From the NCBI GenBank assembly GCA_903813345.2, contig CAIIXF020000001.1, positions 28,272,001 to 28,336,000 on the forward strand: a stretch of 64,000 nt of DNA, given 5' to 3'. The first letter of the stretch is position 1. Each line of letters starts with the position of its first letter. This DNA is from Owenia fusiformis. Taxonomy: Eukaryota. This document shows, one piece after another, positions 12,789 through 27,600 of the stretch. The notes beneath the pieces were generated by a model that was not told the DNA's origin, made no database searches, and worked only from the letters and a program-made list of their open reading frames with translations. A program made the translations under genes and the position numbers.

Positions 12789-15700
12789 GCAGGCCATCTT
12801 TTGAATAAACATGTTAATGTGTTTCTTGTCATCCAAAATTGAATACCTAAAGATGCAGAAATGTCCATATATATTAGAATTAAAAATGAGTTATCCCCTA
12901 AATGAAGAATTATTGAAATGATGTCAAGGGAACTAAAGCGTTTTTTCAAGTCGCAAGATCTGGACACTTTTCTATGAAGTTGGTTTAACCTTTTCATTTT
13001 TGATTGTGCAACGTTTTTATTATCTTTTAGAATATATAAACAAATGTACTTTTATGGGATGAAATTACTAAGAAGACATGTTAAAATGGTTTAAAAGACA
13101 ACAACCTTGAATAATTCAGGAAAGGGGTAAAATATATTGGGAAAATGCAGGAAAGGAAATGATACAATTAATGGCATCTTATGAATGAAATAAAAATATT
13201 GTATGAAGTCTTTATTCCCCCATTTTGTACTATTGTTGAGTAGGGTTCTTACACATGTTTTATGCATTCGTATATAACAAGGTTTTAAAGATAAATCGAA
13301 CTCAGCTGTGAATTTTATGAAATATATTATGAATTATTTTAGTACATTACATTGTTATTATTATTATGACTAGTGTTATATGGTGATATAATTTAAAACG
13401 CTTTAATTAAATTAAATATGAAAATAAAAATGACAAGTACCACATAGTACTTTTTTCTCCTGAAAATTTTAAGGATTTATGATACCCATTGGTGAGAAAT
13501 ATGTGAAATATATGCATAGAGGACTCGATCAATACTTTCCTCAAGAAGGCTGTTAATTTTATTGTCTTTTCATAGAACGCTCCTTGTTTCCTGTTGAATT
13601 TCTGCACGGACTTGATTGCCGAGCATTGCCTGTCGGTGGGTATTGATGTTCAAATCCCACCAAGCATTAAGATCACTTCACTATTGATTGGACGGAAAAT
13701 TCTTTCCTCAACGACGTCACAATCTTGAGGCCTCTAAGGATTTGACATTCCTCGGGGGGTATATTACACAGAACAATATCCTTTAAGTTCCTTTTTTGAT
13801 GCATCGTGCTGCAGTTATCCCGTTCCCAGTAGAACGCAAAATTAAATTAAAGTGTATAAAAGGAAATTAATATGTTTTATTCTCTTGAAGCAAGCACGAC
13901 TGAGAATACAACAAATATGAAAGGATATATGATATTACGAAATAACACTTTTTAAACATATTCTATCATGATTCTGCATTATCTAATTTATGTTTTCCAA
14001 TATTGTGTAAATGAATTCCCAGCAGAGGTATCTTATATGTAGAAATGATGACATTAATTTGGAATTCTGAAACGGGGTCCCACAGAGGTAGAAAGATAAA
14101 TGTGAATTAAGTTGTTGTTGCAGCCGATTCCCTGATGATGAGAGATGGCTTTTGATCAATCTTGTAGTGACTAATATTCCAAATTCCGTCATCTGAGATA
14201 AACCAGCTGAAATATAAGTGTTGTTGACAGAACTATTTTAAATCTAGTTGCTAACCTGTTGTTTTTGACAATGTCTGGGTGCACTGAGTCATTATTCACT
14301 ATTTGTATGCTTGGCTTATTTGAATGGGGGAGTTATTTCATAAATATATGTTCTACAATGCGGATACAAGTTTAGTAGTAAAAACCTGAAACTTCTTGAC
14401 AATGACACCTTTACCTTATAGAATGATATGTCTCATGCCAAGAAACACTTATAAATGCCAATCAAAATTATTTACACAGTAGCTTTTGATACACCATAAT
14501 CATAGTTTATCTAGCAAATAGCATTATAAAAGATTTTATCAGATGACACGAAAATCATTTTACATTAGCTCTTTTCATCTGTATATAGCCTGAGAAACTA
14601 GGATGTGCTGTATAGTTAAGCTAAAGACAATACGAAAGCAAGTCACCTATATGAAATGGCCAGTGCTTTTTCATGCATTTAATCAACGATGTACAGAGGA
14701 TATAGAAAGGAGTGAATCGAGCATGTTTATTATCCTCTTTGAATTGGGAGCTTTGGAGAAGAAAGTCAATTAGTTGTTTTTTGGAAACAACAGTAGATAG
14801 CCATTACCATAAATCTTTTGAGATGATACTCGATCGCCTCTAGGCTTTCTTTATCTTGATGTTGATGATTACAGAGCTTAAAATAATTATTATGATTTAA
14901 ATTAATTGATTTTTTCTTGTATTACCATTTTTGAAATTACCTTGGAGAATGAAATCAAAATTGCTATAAAATAATAATCATTTTTAGGAAAAGGTTTGAT
15001 ATGACATTATTATATCAGACGTGCAGTTTGGATCTAGCTGCATCAATTGCACCCTTCATTTACCATTTTTTACACTTTTCTAAAGATTATATGAAAGAAT
15101 GAGATTCTCATATAAATTCCACAAATTAACAACTTCCTTTTTTATTTGTTTATTTTTTTAACTAAACGATACCTTCTAATTTTTACGTCTTCACAGTGCT
15201 GCCATCTGTCTGATCAATAACATGAGATCAGGTTTCGTAAGAAGCTGTGAGGTTTATAGTTTGATTGATATCCACCTCAAGTATTTCTCACCTCAAATAG
15301 ATATCCGTGTGTTGATTTATACACTGAGGCTTCCTTTAGTTTTACCTTCAACATTTTTCACTCTGAGCCTAGCTTATAGTCTGTAATAAACATCACTAAA
15401 ATGAAAGATATCACCCATTTTGAGAAAGAGCGTAATTACCTGTTAGATTTCAATTGACTTGATTTGAAAAATAAAATCCTTTATTTTGTCGCATGTTGAT
15501 CATACAAACAATTACCAGTATTCAAATATCATACAAATTCTATAAGATTAAATTAAAAATTATATTTTTATGAAGAACATATCGAAGCATTGTGTTAAAG
15601 CACCACATAAATTGTCTTCTATGGATATTAAAGGATATTGAATTACAAATTAAATTGAGACATGTAATGTGAATTTGATTGTGATGAAAGGATTCCACCT

Positions 15701-16764
15701 TTAAGAAGCGTGTTTTGGAGGTTAAAGGGACTTTAATTAGCTGAGCAAAATAGAAGAAAGCTTAATAATTGTCAGCACGTAGTAAAACTACCATAAAGGG
15801 GCCAAGTTCCCGAGATATTTTGTCTGTCGATGTCCCTAGTGTGCAGTTTTGGATCTCAATGTTTAGTTACAGAATATTAATGTCGTGTGTTTCGCTTAGA
15901 TGTCTCAATTAGCTAAAGATATTCTCTTTGTATTAGCTTTATGGTTTAGAATAAAAACTGAAAAGAAATAATTTCCCTGAATATTGCTTTAATATTGGCT
16001 TAATTTTATCGTTTGATGATGGACAGTTTGTATGCATGCAAAACGCTTGTGTCCTTATAATGTCCAGATAATTCATAAAACCTTGGTCCGCTATTGTGAA
16101 TTATCATACAGCTCAATTTTCTTTGTTTTCGGCAATTCCAACATATATTCTTCTGTACAGCCAGGCTGTAATTTAACTGATCAAGTTTCAACTCATAGAC
16201 TTTTACATTGAACATAAATTCATGATTTATTGGAGATTCTTTGGTTAGAAAGATATATGATTGGAGTTCATTCAATATACTCATCTACAATAGACTAGAT
16301 ACAAGTAGAAACAATCTTGATGTATGTCATTAAATATTCAAAATTCAGTCAATGTGATATCATATTTGAAATTTACAAGTAAATTTGAAAATGTGGTTTA
16401 AAAGATTGTTTATCAACTGTGAAATTTTAAGTTCTTTAAAAATGTGACTTCTAGGTTCAGGAGATGCCCCATAGACCCCATGTTATAAAATCACAAGAAG
16501 TGAAATATCTTTCCTTGTATTAGGTAATATTTTCTTTTAACTGAACATATTTAAATCATACAAGTATCAAATACATGAGGGTAATATGATCCACTGATAC
16601 TGATGAATATTCAAGTTAAGGGAACTTTCTACTATATCTGTTATTGACTAAATATATCATACTTTGAAATTTAAGCATATTTAGTGTTTGTGTATAAGAA
16701 GATTTAGATCAGATTGTTTAGATTATCTATGAGTATCATGTATAAAGAATCATCATATTTCAGC

Positions 16765-17030
16765 AAATATTTTGATGCAGATGTTTTGATACAAATATGT
16801 TGGTACAAATATTTTTGAATAAGTATTTTGATGCAAGTATTTTGGTTCTAGTACTTTGTATAACTATTTTGTTGTAAGTATTTTGGTACAAGTATTTTGA
16901 CACACATGTTTTTGTTCAAGTATTTGGTACAAGTATTCTAATGCAAGTATTGCAAATACAAATAATTTAATTCAAGTGTTTTTGTTCAAGTACTGTAAAT
17001 AGTTCTAGTATTTTGGTGTGGGTATTTTGA
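16765..17030. repeat. Degenerate short-period (~14-15 bp) tandem repeat
   Basis: Recurring caagtattttggta / caaatattttgatg variants. Confidence 0.7.
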
Positions 17031-17880
17031 TATGATCCCATGAAGATCCTTGCATATTTCCTCATTGAAATCATCCACCTAATGGTCTATCCAATATTTT
17101 TATTTCTGATGGAAGCTGGTTGAAATAACATCCAAAGTTTGCATTTAACTTGTCAAATGAGACCAGTTTATGTATTCTTTGAAGTAATAGTAATTGCTCA
17201 TCAATGTAAAAGCCTTGTATGTATACACTACAGGCAGGTGAGATGTGAGTGAAAAAGCCCAACTGCTTCAAATGGAAATGAAACAAAAATATATTGAGTG
17301 AATTGATCAAAATGCAAGTTGAATCAGAGAATGTTGTTATCTCGGGTAAAATCGTTGAAACAATTGAAACATACAGGTGACGTTTTTGATCATTTCGACA
17401 ATTTCACCTTGTCGTACAAAACCATCATTTGATTCAGGATGTCGTGAGGAATTAATACGTACATTGGGGTCAAAGATGAACCATGGACCTGAGTTCCAAT
17501 GTTATTTCCTATACAAGTTGAAAAGGTAAACTGACACAGACCAAACAAACTAGCTAGGAGCCTTGAACCAGGGCCTGTTTCGCACCAAGATCTTTGGGGG
17601 TTTGTTCTCTCAGGCATATTAATATCATTGATTGACAAATCTTTTGAAATGCATTAAATGATGCAAGTCCCCATGTAAAGTTTGAAAATATGTTTTTATC
17701 ATTAGTTTACTATTTCTTTTTAAAAGTTATTTAAAAAAATATATTTTGAAAAAAAAGTTATCAGCTTTTCATTTCTCAAATATTCAATTCCCGCTATTTT
17801 TCAAAAAAGATTGAATTTTTTAATCATCAAATATTCCTCCATACATTTAAAGAATATGATTTTTTAACACCAATGCAAAG

Positions 17881-17952
17881 ATTGAACAAAGAACACACTA
17901 TTTCAATAATAATACTATTGAACAAAGAACACACTATTTCAATAATAATACT
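17881..17952. repeat. Perfect 36-bp tandem duplication
   Basis: ATTGAACAAAGAACACACTATTTCAATAATAATACT x2. Confidence 0.9.
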
Positions 17953-20264
17953 AGATTTAATGTGCCTTTTCAATGTTTTAGCATATAACAAATATTTTGC
18001 AACCTAAGAGATGTCATTATGACTCCTTCAAAAACCACTTTTGAAATTAAAAAAAAAAGTTTCATATATCACACTTTGATAACATTGGGTAAAACTGCAA
18101 TATAAGCCAAAGTGGTTTAAACTTTATATGGGGGCTTTAAACAATTGCATTGTTTGAAATGCAGAAAGTTGAAACTGTTGAAACCCATTTCTAAGCTTAC
18201 CACAGCTACAAAAATGCATCTCTTAGAGCCTATGTTTTCCAGTGGCCAAGTGCTGTCATGTATAGATAGAGGATGTTTTGAACCTATGACTTTATTCAAG
18301 GTTTTCGTCTCAGCTGTTATATCAGATAGAACTTAACATATCAAATACGCTTTATATTTTAAAATACATGTGTAAGTGGGACACCTTTGCTTTGACATCT
18401 CAAAAGAGTGTTCTACTTGGAAGGTGTTCTAATTATAGAGGTTCATTTTACTTAAAGTTAATGGATAACTGGATTGAAGTTTCTACTTGTGGTCATGGTG
18501 GAGTTCCACTTTACAGGTTTTACTGTATATGTCTAGGATGACTGTATTGAAATATTATACCAAAATATCCAGGGTGGTCAGTGCTGAAAATATGATTTTT
18601 GAAAAGTAATACTACTTTACTCCCTGAGGATATATCGTACTATTAGATTTATATTTTGAAATAACATTACTGAGATGATGTTCCTTTGAGTAAAATAGAC
18701 AGATGAGGTTAACTGCAACTGGCTTGAAATTTCTGATTTCTGAAAAGTCTGATAAAAATGCAAATTACAGCAAGATTGCAAAATGAACTGTAATATGTTA
18801 GTATACAAATATATGAAACATTCTTTAGTTTTCAAGGTGAACTCTGTCATAGAGTGGTTGACTTAACAACTAACCAACTGAATTTACATGTACAGTAAAA
18901 CCTGCACACAAGGTTGAAAAAATGAATCCCTGTAGTTCGCCACTTATAAAGAATTTGCAGAAAACAGTACTCTATATTACAAATCATTTGTGCAAGAAAG
19001 TAGTTCTACGTCATTAGGTCTATAGTTTTAAGCCTGAAATGCACAATATGGATGGCTTTGAACTTTAGTTTGAGATTAAATAAGTGATAGTTTATTTGTA
19101 TCTTCATGATCATCATCTCTGCTCCTCTGGGCCCCAGCTCTGTCAGACTCCCTAATCCTTCCATGCATACGTAATCATGTTCATTTATCACTCTCAGACG
19201 AGTTGCAGTTTCATTTCTGATCCCCACGTCAAGATATACGTCTCTCTTACTGTATGCTGATGGACTTTTAATCCATATTGGAAATATGGTAAGCCTTCTT
19301 TTAGGCTAATTAGCACATGGCTTATTTCATGGTTGGTGGAAGATGTTATCGCAGCTGGTGTTTTTTACGCATCTTTTCTTTTACAGCTTACATAAAGCTT
19401 TCTTTGCAGTAAGTCTGAGCCATACACTCAATATTTGTTTTTTAATTGAATTTATTATTTTCATTTAAAGTGTTTTCCCGATTTTTATTCTTTCCAACTA
19501 GGTGCAGAATTCTCATTTGACTTAAAAGGGCAGTAAGACAACTTGAGAGTACACCCAGGGGTTCACTGTATATAAACCTTGACGGGGATCCTTGGCGCAA
19601 TTGTGAGGTACCTTTTTAGCTCATTTGACATTTGGTATGGCAATGGTCCCAAATTTTAGGATCTGGTATGAGAATGCCATCCAAGTTAAGATTTTTGAGG
19701 TATGGCAGTGGTCAGATTTTTCTACTTTCTTGTATGAGAATGGTCCTGGAAAATATGTTACCTTACCCTTGAGGTATGGCATTGGTCTAGTAGTTACAAA
19801 TATTCTATTTTGAGGTTGTTTAGGATCATTTTCTTCAAAGATCTGCCTTCTTCTCCAGCCCCTCTTCAGTTAGCTTATTCCCAAGGATATGAAATATTCT
19901 ACTTTGAACCCATCATAGGCCCCTGGGAGAGTACATAAGTTTTAAAAAAATTTGTAACATTACTTCAAGATAATCCTTTCATTTTAAGGATATCTGGCCA
20001 AAGAATAAGAATTCTTTTCTGACTTTAACTCAAAGTATCACATTTTTCATGATTCTCCAGCTGAATTTAAATGGGGAATAATGTAAATTTTGATTTCCCA
20101 GCTGGGTGTCACATCTGGTGGTAACTTCAATAATACAACCATTTTTAACATTGAGGGATGATATATATTTATTCCATAGTAACATGTTTTCCCTGGGAAA
20201 TAAACAAAGAAATATATTTGAGCAATAGCTGAAATTTATTAGTGCTTGAAAAATATAGACTTTC

Positions 20265-20459
20265 CAGGCCTGTAGCCAGCTTTTGCCAAGGGGAGAGGGG
20301 TTGACTTTTCAGAAAAATTCCAGGGGGATCACTTTGACAAATTTGACCTAAAATCACATGAATAATTCTCAGAATCATGAAAACTGCATAATTTTGAAAC
20401 AAATTTAGGCCAGAGGGGTTCGCCTGAACCCCTCTCCCTGGCTACAGAATACGGGCCTG
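20265..20459. mobile_element. MITE (CAGGCCYGTAGCCAG termini); related fragment at ~4962-5047
   Basis: CAGGCCTGTAGCCAG ... CTGGCTAC[agaatac]GGGCCTG; flanks CTTTC / CTTGC; agccagcttttgccaagggg is shared with ~4982-5001. Confidence 0.65.
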
Positions 20460-20562
20460 CTTGCATTGTCCCCTTTTACAATTACTGTACTTCTAATTGA
20501 GCCATTCAATAAATACACTCCTTCACATCTTTATCATCCTTACTGTTTTTAGTCCAAGGGTA

Positions 20563-21783
20563 ATTATCCCAACTAACGAAGTTCGGTAGGGATATAGTGA
20601 AGCCCTCCGTCCGTCCATCCGTCAGTCCGTCAGTCCGTCCGTCCGTAAGATAACTCAAATATTAGTTGACGGATTTTCTTCATATTTGGTGGAAAGATGT
20701 ATATTGATGAATAGTTTTACGCAAAAAAAATAATTTCAAGATGGCCGCCTCTTTACAAATGACGGGACTTTTTCGCAAAAATCATAAATTTTTCATTCTA
20801 AACCAAAGTAATTAATATTATTGTTTGAAATTTTGGTAGTATATTCGCAACATCTATCTATTTCACATATATTCCGTGTTTTTCATCCTGACCCCAGGGG
20901 CCGTGTATTAGTGGTGCAACTCGAATGCCAGTACTCGCCACTCACTCGTTGAACCTGTCCAAGATAGTTACTCGAGTACGTTTTTTCAAACTCGAGTAGG
21001 CATTGAATTCCCAAACAACGATCTCATACCCCGGGAATGATCATTTTTGGATGCAATGAACGAAACAAAGGATCGATTCCAGAAACAAAATGAAAATATT
21101 TAAAAACAAACAAACAAACACAATTATAGCATGAATAACTACATTTATTCTCACTAAATTGATACAAACTATATATAACATCAATAACATATAGAAGAAA
21201 CGAAGAAATTGTATCTATTTGGTCTTCAAACAGTCGACTAGGTGAGTTTTTTATTTTTTTCAATTTTTCCCTCATTTTTGCGAGTGGTACTCGATTATAG
21301 TGGCATTTTCACACTTTCTACTCGAGTAGCATTTTTCTTGCGAGTTGCACCACTACCGTGTATGGGGGGTCAGGAAAACAGAAATTTTCGCTAATTTTTA
21401 GATCTTTCTAAAGTATAGCTTTATTATACTCAAATGAAAGGCAATTAAGAGTAGATTGCAAATATTGTATCTTTTTTCTGATTCGAGCCTCGTAAAATTC
21501 AAAATGGCCGTCTAATGTACGATTTCGCTATAATTTTTCGATCCCTTCAAAGTATGGCTATATTATACTCAAATTGAAGGAATTTTGGAGTAGATCACAA
21601 TTATGGTATTATTTTTCAGATTTGTACCTCAGAAAATTCAAAATGGCTGCTTTGCAGGAATTCGCATTCTAAAATCAAAATTTTTCAATTTTAACTAAAG
21701 TAATGAGTATAATTGATTGGAATTCGGTAATTGATATTTTGTTCGTTGGGATTTGCTACTCCGCGGAGTTGCCGTTATCTAGT
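20563..21783 (+). mobile_element. Non-autonomous Helitron/Helentron-associated (HINE, DINE-1/pearl-like) element
   Basis: 5' ATCCCAAC..GAAGTTCGGTAGGGAT stem-loop, (TCCG)n microsatellite at ~20606-20646, two ~139-bp internal repeats (~21395-21660), 3' subterminal GTTGGGAT, hairpin GCTACTCCGCGGAGTTGC and CTAGT end. Same termini as the 42907-44391 copy. Confidence 0.8.
20909..21355. mobile_element. Non-autonomous hAT-type MITE nested in a Helitron/Helentron-like element
   Basis: 15-bp TIR TAGTGGTGCAACTCG / CGAGTTGCACCACTA; perfect 8-bp TSD CCGTGTAT (20901-20908 and 21356-21363); subterminal ACTCG/CTCGAG motifs. Confidence 0.93.
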
Positions 21784-22942
21784 TCACTTCTCTTTGGAAG
21801 AAGCGATGATGGTGACGGTTGCATTTTTATTAGTATGACAGTAAATTACCATTCAGTAGAACCTATCTAAAGTGCCAGGAAAAAATAAAGAATGTTAGAT
21901 TTTGGACCCAATCTTTTCAAAAATATGCTTATGAATGCCCTAAAATCCCAATTTTATTTATCTGAAGCATAATGTGATGTTTTTGATCAAATAAGGAATA
22001 TTGAAGATTTAAGAAGTGGTGACATATTGTTAAAGTCTCTAACTTTTTTGTAGACAGTGTTCGGCAGTAGGCAGTCAGTGCCTGTAACAAAGAATTTAAA
22101 GAATAAGCTTGACACAGAATGTTGTAAACAGAAATGTTGTACTAATTGTTCACTCAACTCTTTTATACTCTAGTCTTTACTATACCTCTAAATGAGTACC
22201 TCGAAATATTAACACATTATTTAGTCCTTGCTGTGCTCATTTAATTTGATTGCACGTGTTTTAGCACATATTTAAGTCCCACTGTTTTTTATTACCCAAC
22301 TTACAATGATTCATTATGTTAACAATAAAATATCATATTATATTATTTGGCAAAACAATATATCTAGTTTTATTACCTCATTGTAAACGAGCAGAGACAA
22401 GTTTGGTGTTTGTAGTTCAAGTATACAAAATGTCTTATAACTTATTCTTACAATAATCTTTTTTTGTACATATTATTGTTGATATTGTTTTTGTGACCAC
22501 GGCCAGAAGAACGTATCATAGTCAGTACATGGAGCTCAAAATGCTACTATGGACATAATTGAACTGTATTACAACAAGCAAAAACAATTTATCATTTGAA
22601 ATGTACAATTTACAATTGGTCAACTTTAGAATAATAGTCGTTAATAACACAACCGCGGCCATAAAAAGTTAATTCCCTCGTAATATGCGTAGAAAAAGAA
22701 ATATGGATCTCATCATCAATCAAAAATGAAATATTACGCAGTTTTATCTCCTAGTTTTAGACAGAATACTAAAGATGATATTAGTTTTTCATCCTGACAC
22801 TTATTTCTTGTGCATTCAAGCATGGTGATTTCGTACATAGACAAATGGCCATGGCATTTCAGGTTAAATCGTGATCAGAACATGTTTCTCTAATATCAAA
22901 TGTGAGTATATTCTCACAATGTTGCTGGTTAGGTGCACTTTC

Positions 22943-23199
22943 TTGCTGGTTAACTGGTCATTGATTGGTAGGGTCTTGATGGTTTACTGGTCATTGTTTG
23001 GTAGGGTCTTACTGGTTTACTGGTCATTGTTTGGTAGGGTCTTGCTTGTTTACTGGTCATTGCTTGGTAGGGTCTTGGGGGTTTAAGGGTTATTGTTTGG
23101 TAGGGTCTTGCTGGTTTACTGGTCATTGATTGGTAGGGTCTTGGTGGTTTACGGGTCGATGTTTGGTAGGGTCTTGCTGGTTTACTGGTCATTGGTTGG
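22943..23199. repeat. 33-bp minisatellite, ~8 copies
   Basis: Unit TTGCTGGTTTACTGGTCATTGTTTGGTAGGGTC; explains the 11-aa periodic ORFs on both strands. Confidence 0.93.
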
Positions 23200-24458
23200 C
23201 ATGCTTTCTCATTATAACTAGCTAATACATATATGTTCATAAGATGCATGACGATAACAATGCTAGTCTGTAATGTCTTTTTGACCTCAAATCCTTAGTT
23301 ACGTGAGAGTACGTGCTTTTCCTCATTTCTCAAAGACTCAACGAGGCTGAAGAATTCAAGGGTGACATTTAACTTTTGAAACTGAACAAGTTTGCCAAAT
23401 CGCTTTTGTCATAAAATTGCCCTGTAGTATTGATCTTAATCTCGAAGAAAGTTAATTTTATCTCTAGCAGTTAATATCAAGGGATAGTAATTTTCTTCGT
23501 GTTTGATTTGCACAAATTAAGTAAGCAAGACTGGCTGGTGTGGACATAAGTCAGTCGGCTATGAGAGCCTTGATTGTCAGATGTCACATATTTTATCACA
23601 AAATTCCATTAGACATTTTGGATGCATTGTGTAAGATATTTACGACTATTTAACCTCTTTTTCCAGCTTAACGTCCACTAAACAACAATTATTCAGCCCT
23701 TCTCTAAGTCCCAGACGAAAATAATAGCTTAAATGAACAGTTTGTTTCTATGGTAATGCCATTAAAGACTACGGACAGTATCATAAAATATAAAATCAGT
23801 TAAGATGAAACCCAACCCGTTCAAACATTTCCCGGATATGATCTTCTTTAATATCATCAATCCTCAAAACATAACCTTATATTATTTTTAAAAAAGAACA
23901 TAATCTTTGCTTTACTGATTTTTGTGTGAACTCACTATACAATATTTTCTAAAATAAAAACCTATGGCAAATTGAAATAGTTTTTGTATGGATTACTTTG
24001 GTTGATGTGCAGTGTGGCATGGTCTAATATCTTAATGCCTACACAAACTTAAACACCTGTAAGATGTGTTCTCATGTCTTTATCTCTTCCTATGATGTCA
24101 TCCAGTGATAAATTGAATGTAAAGGTGAAAGCTATCTATTCATCTTATGTTACTATACTCTTGATAATGGCTAAAACACCTAAGACATAATACTGTGATT
24201 GAATGTAGCAATTCGTTCAGGTGATCTTGCCATTTCGAAAATGTTCGCTAGAATGGCATTTCAAAATTTTCATTTTGGCATTTCACATTGTTCTCTTTGG
24301 CATTTCAACATCTAAATGTTTGGCATTGAGCAATGTTCATCTTTGGCATACTTTACATCACATGAAGTCTCCTTTTGGAGAAAGCAATAACTTTATTATC
24401 TCCTGAAGGAGAATACATTTATCTTATTGTATCCTGGTCCAGAAAGGCCAGCCATTGG

Positions 24459-24650
24459 CATAGGCGTAGCGCCCGGTACGTTGGGTACGCACAGGCATAC
24501 CAGATGGTTGCAAATTCGCTCCAAATACAACCAAATTCCAAAATTTTCCAGGGGGAGAACCCCAGACCTCCCTAAACGCTCGTTTTTTGCTTCGCTCAAC
24601 TCTTGTTCCAGTGGTGGCGTACTACTTAGAAAAATAACGCTACGCCCATG
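24459..24650. mobile_element. MITE (CATRGGCGTAGCG termini)
   Basis: CATAGGCGTAGCG ... CGCTACGCCCATG; flanks ATTGG / ATTGA (5-bp TSD with one mismatch); GC-rich interior. Confidence 0.75.
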
Positions 24651-27600
24651 ATTGACACTGTCATCTCTAATGTAAAGGTCAACTACATATGCCATTAACT
24701 CATTTTAGTAAACCATGGCAACTTGTCATTTTCCTCAATCAGATCATCTTATGTTTGCAAGACAGAAAGGTGTGATGAGTATAGGAATGCTGTTGACTGA
24801 TCATGTGTTAAATTTCTCCTTTAAGATTGAGCAGTTGTTACTTACAACGCTTGAATAAGTCTTCAAAAACCTTTAACTAAAAATATTTGAACATGAAAAA
24901 AACTAGTTGATGCTTGTGGTTTCCTTAATTCTTTTGTAAACACTATGTCAAATGTTTAAAGGGGTACACCTGAAAATCAAGAGGAGGGGGGGTAAGCATT
25001 TCCACTAATTTTGGGCCCAATTTCTAAAAAAAGGCCCAATTTTAAAACATAATACCCAGTTACCAAAATTGCCACGTTTTTATGGGGAGAAGCAGATTTT
25101 GGCACATAAACAATTTTTGAGTCTTAATTTTTTTTGGCGGGGGGTGTGGCTACCAAAGCTCAATATCCACCACTGGCATAACATAAGAACTTACAAACAG
25201 TTAAAGGATGGTAATGAAGAACATCTCCTTACTCTTAATGATATGCTCAGTATGACCAATCTGGTTAATACAGGAAACTTTCACATATGCGCCTACTTAT
25301 ATCATTCATATACTTCCCCTAACTACGGAAACCCTGTAGAAATATTTGCACAAATGACCATTGGTCAGTTGTAAATAAGAGTTCAAATTAGCGCTGAGAC
25401 AATTTGTAAAAATCTAAAAATGAAGAGAACTATTGATGGTACTCTCTACAGAGCAATGTATATTGTTGAAATTGGTATTGCTTGGCTAGTTTAATTTTGT
25501 CTTCTGTACGGTTACCATAGAGATGCTAACCCTTTCATGCTGTAATACCCAGAATATAAAAGTCAATTTAGGAGATAACAGATTAGACTTGATCAAATCA
25601 AGATAGCTTAGAATGCACAAGCCGGTTAAAGACTTGCTCCACATATAATGTGATGTTTGAATTCATATTGTCTAAAGTTCTATACCGATCATGTTATCAC
25701 TGTCAATCTTAAATAATATCTTCAAATGATAAGTTTTATATCAAATATCATATGCTTACTTATCTGAAGATTTTTTCACCAGACGTAATTGGATTCAGTG
25801 AGAATTAAGTTTGACGTCATATGCTGTTTACTATGAATATATAAATGGATTTTGTCCTTCGTTCTCATTATAAAGACTCTGCCATCTTATATCATTGTAA
25901 AGTAAATTTTCATATCTAAATAATATTTTTCATTTTTAGTTGTCAACTAATATCAGAAATGTTGTCATGTATTGTCAGTTATTGTAAGTTTCATATTATT
26001 TATATTTTAATCTTTTAAAAGAATAAATCATCTTCGATATTTGTTGATTACATGCGGAAAAATACTGTCTGATGGCAAATAATATTAAATGAAACAGTAC
26101 ACTTAGCACAATGAATGCATATTTTGATTTATGGCGAAACCTCTGTAATTGTGTCAGGCTAGAATTTATAAACCTACAAAAATGAAGACATTTATCAATG
26201 TCTATTTAACATAGTGCATAAATTCATTTGCAATTTAGATACGCCAATTTGTATTCATATTCTTGGATCTTGTATTTGGAGTACAGCAGAGTCTCTAATT
26301 GAATGACTTGATTTAAAAGTCAGATTTTGATTTCCGGAATTCTGACAAATTCATTGGTACCAGCAACTCTATATTTTAGTGTTCAGCTTTCTGAATATCT
26401 TTTCTATACTGCCGGTCCTTTACATGAAAGGGACAAAGATAAATAGGTTCTAGAATAGCCATTCAACCAATGATGTCATAACTTCTCATTATGTTTTCAT
26501 GGGTGTACATGCATGTATTTCAGAATCGATGATAAAGGATCTTCCTTAATCCATCAGTGTTATCTCCACGTTTCTTGGCTGAGGTTATTGCCATGGTTAC
26601 ATGAGAAGCACTTTTTGTGAACTGCTGTTAGTGTTCAGTGATCGGTGTTTTCGATGGATGAATGATTTTAGTTCAATTACTTTGGAATACAGCTGCTGAG
26701 GCATTTGAAGTTATAATTCATTTTCCTCAAAATTAAGTTTGTGTCATAATAATCTTGAGACTATGAATATATTCAAAGAAATTGCAGCTGTGTACCACAG
26801 TGCTACTAACTTCAATTGTAGCTACGTTTACTGTATTAATGTATGTATTAATGCATGTTATATTTGTACTTATGGACTAGTGGTACTATGGCATCCATCC
26901 ATCCATCGGTCTATCTGTCTGTCGGTCTGTCTATCCATGTGACCATCCTTCAAAAAGTTTTGGACAAATCAAAACTGGGCATTGTCTGAACTAATGCTCA
27001 TATTCATTTCATAGGGGTTCACATTGGTCATTTACATGTCCATTGGTACCAACTTTTGCCTTGTGGAGAAATATCACATCCTTTCTCGTGTTTACAAATA
27101 AGATTGATAATAAGATATAGTATAATGCAATAGTCAAGAACCTCTGGTAGTCTATTTCAGTGAGCTTTACACTGTATAAGTTGTTTTTGTGGAAAAAATG
27201 CCTAACTAAACAATTGAAACCCATGATTTTTCTTATGTGGGGGCAAAATTCTCATTTTCACAATTCCGACAAAAATTGGTCAAAATATGCTGATTTTTCA
27301 TGATTTTTCTTATTTTCAAATGGGTGCAAATGGATTTTCAGGTGGGTGCAAGCCTATTTTCAAAATCTCAGGTGGGTGCTGCGCCCACTTGCTTTAATGC
27401 TGGGGAGATCACTGATATATGTATACAAGTACATGTAGTTTCAGCCTCGCCATGAAAACTGTTGGTAAGTATATGAAAGGGCGCAGATGAGAAAAAATTC
27501 CCATTAGGCAACACAAAGTAATTTGTGGTTTTCATTTAGTATTAATAGTTAATTTACGAGAAGAAATTTATTTAGAAAATAAAATAAAGTTCTCTTGTGT

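Noticed and set aside
13610-13680. tRNA gene suggested by B-box-like GTTCAAATCC at 13648-13657
   Set aside because: No cloverleaf or clear A box; at most a decayed SINE-like fragment.
17377-17530. Open plus-strand segment ending in AAG|gtaaac
   Set aside because: The acceptor lacks a pyrimidine tract and the peptide is unrecognisable.
22871-23249. 11-aa periodic ORFs on both strands
   Set aside because: Explained by the 33-bp minisatellite.
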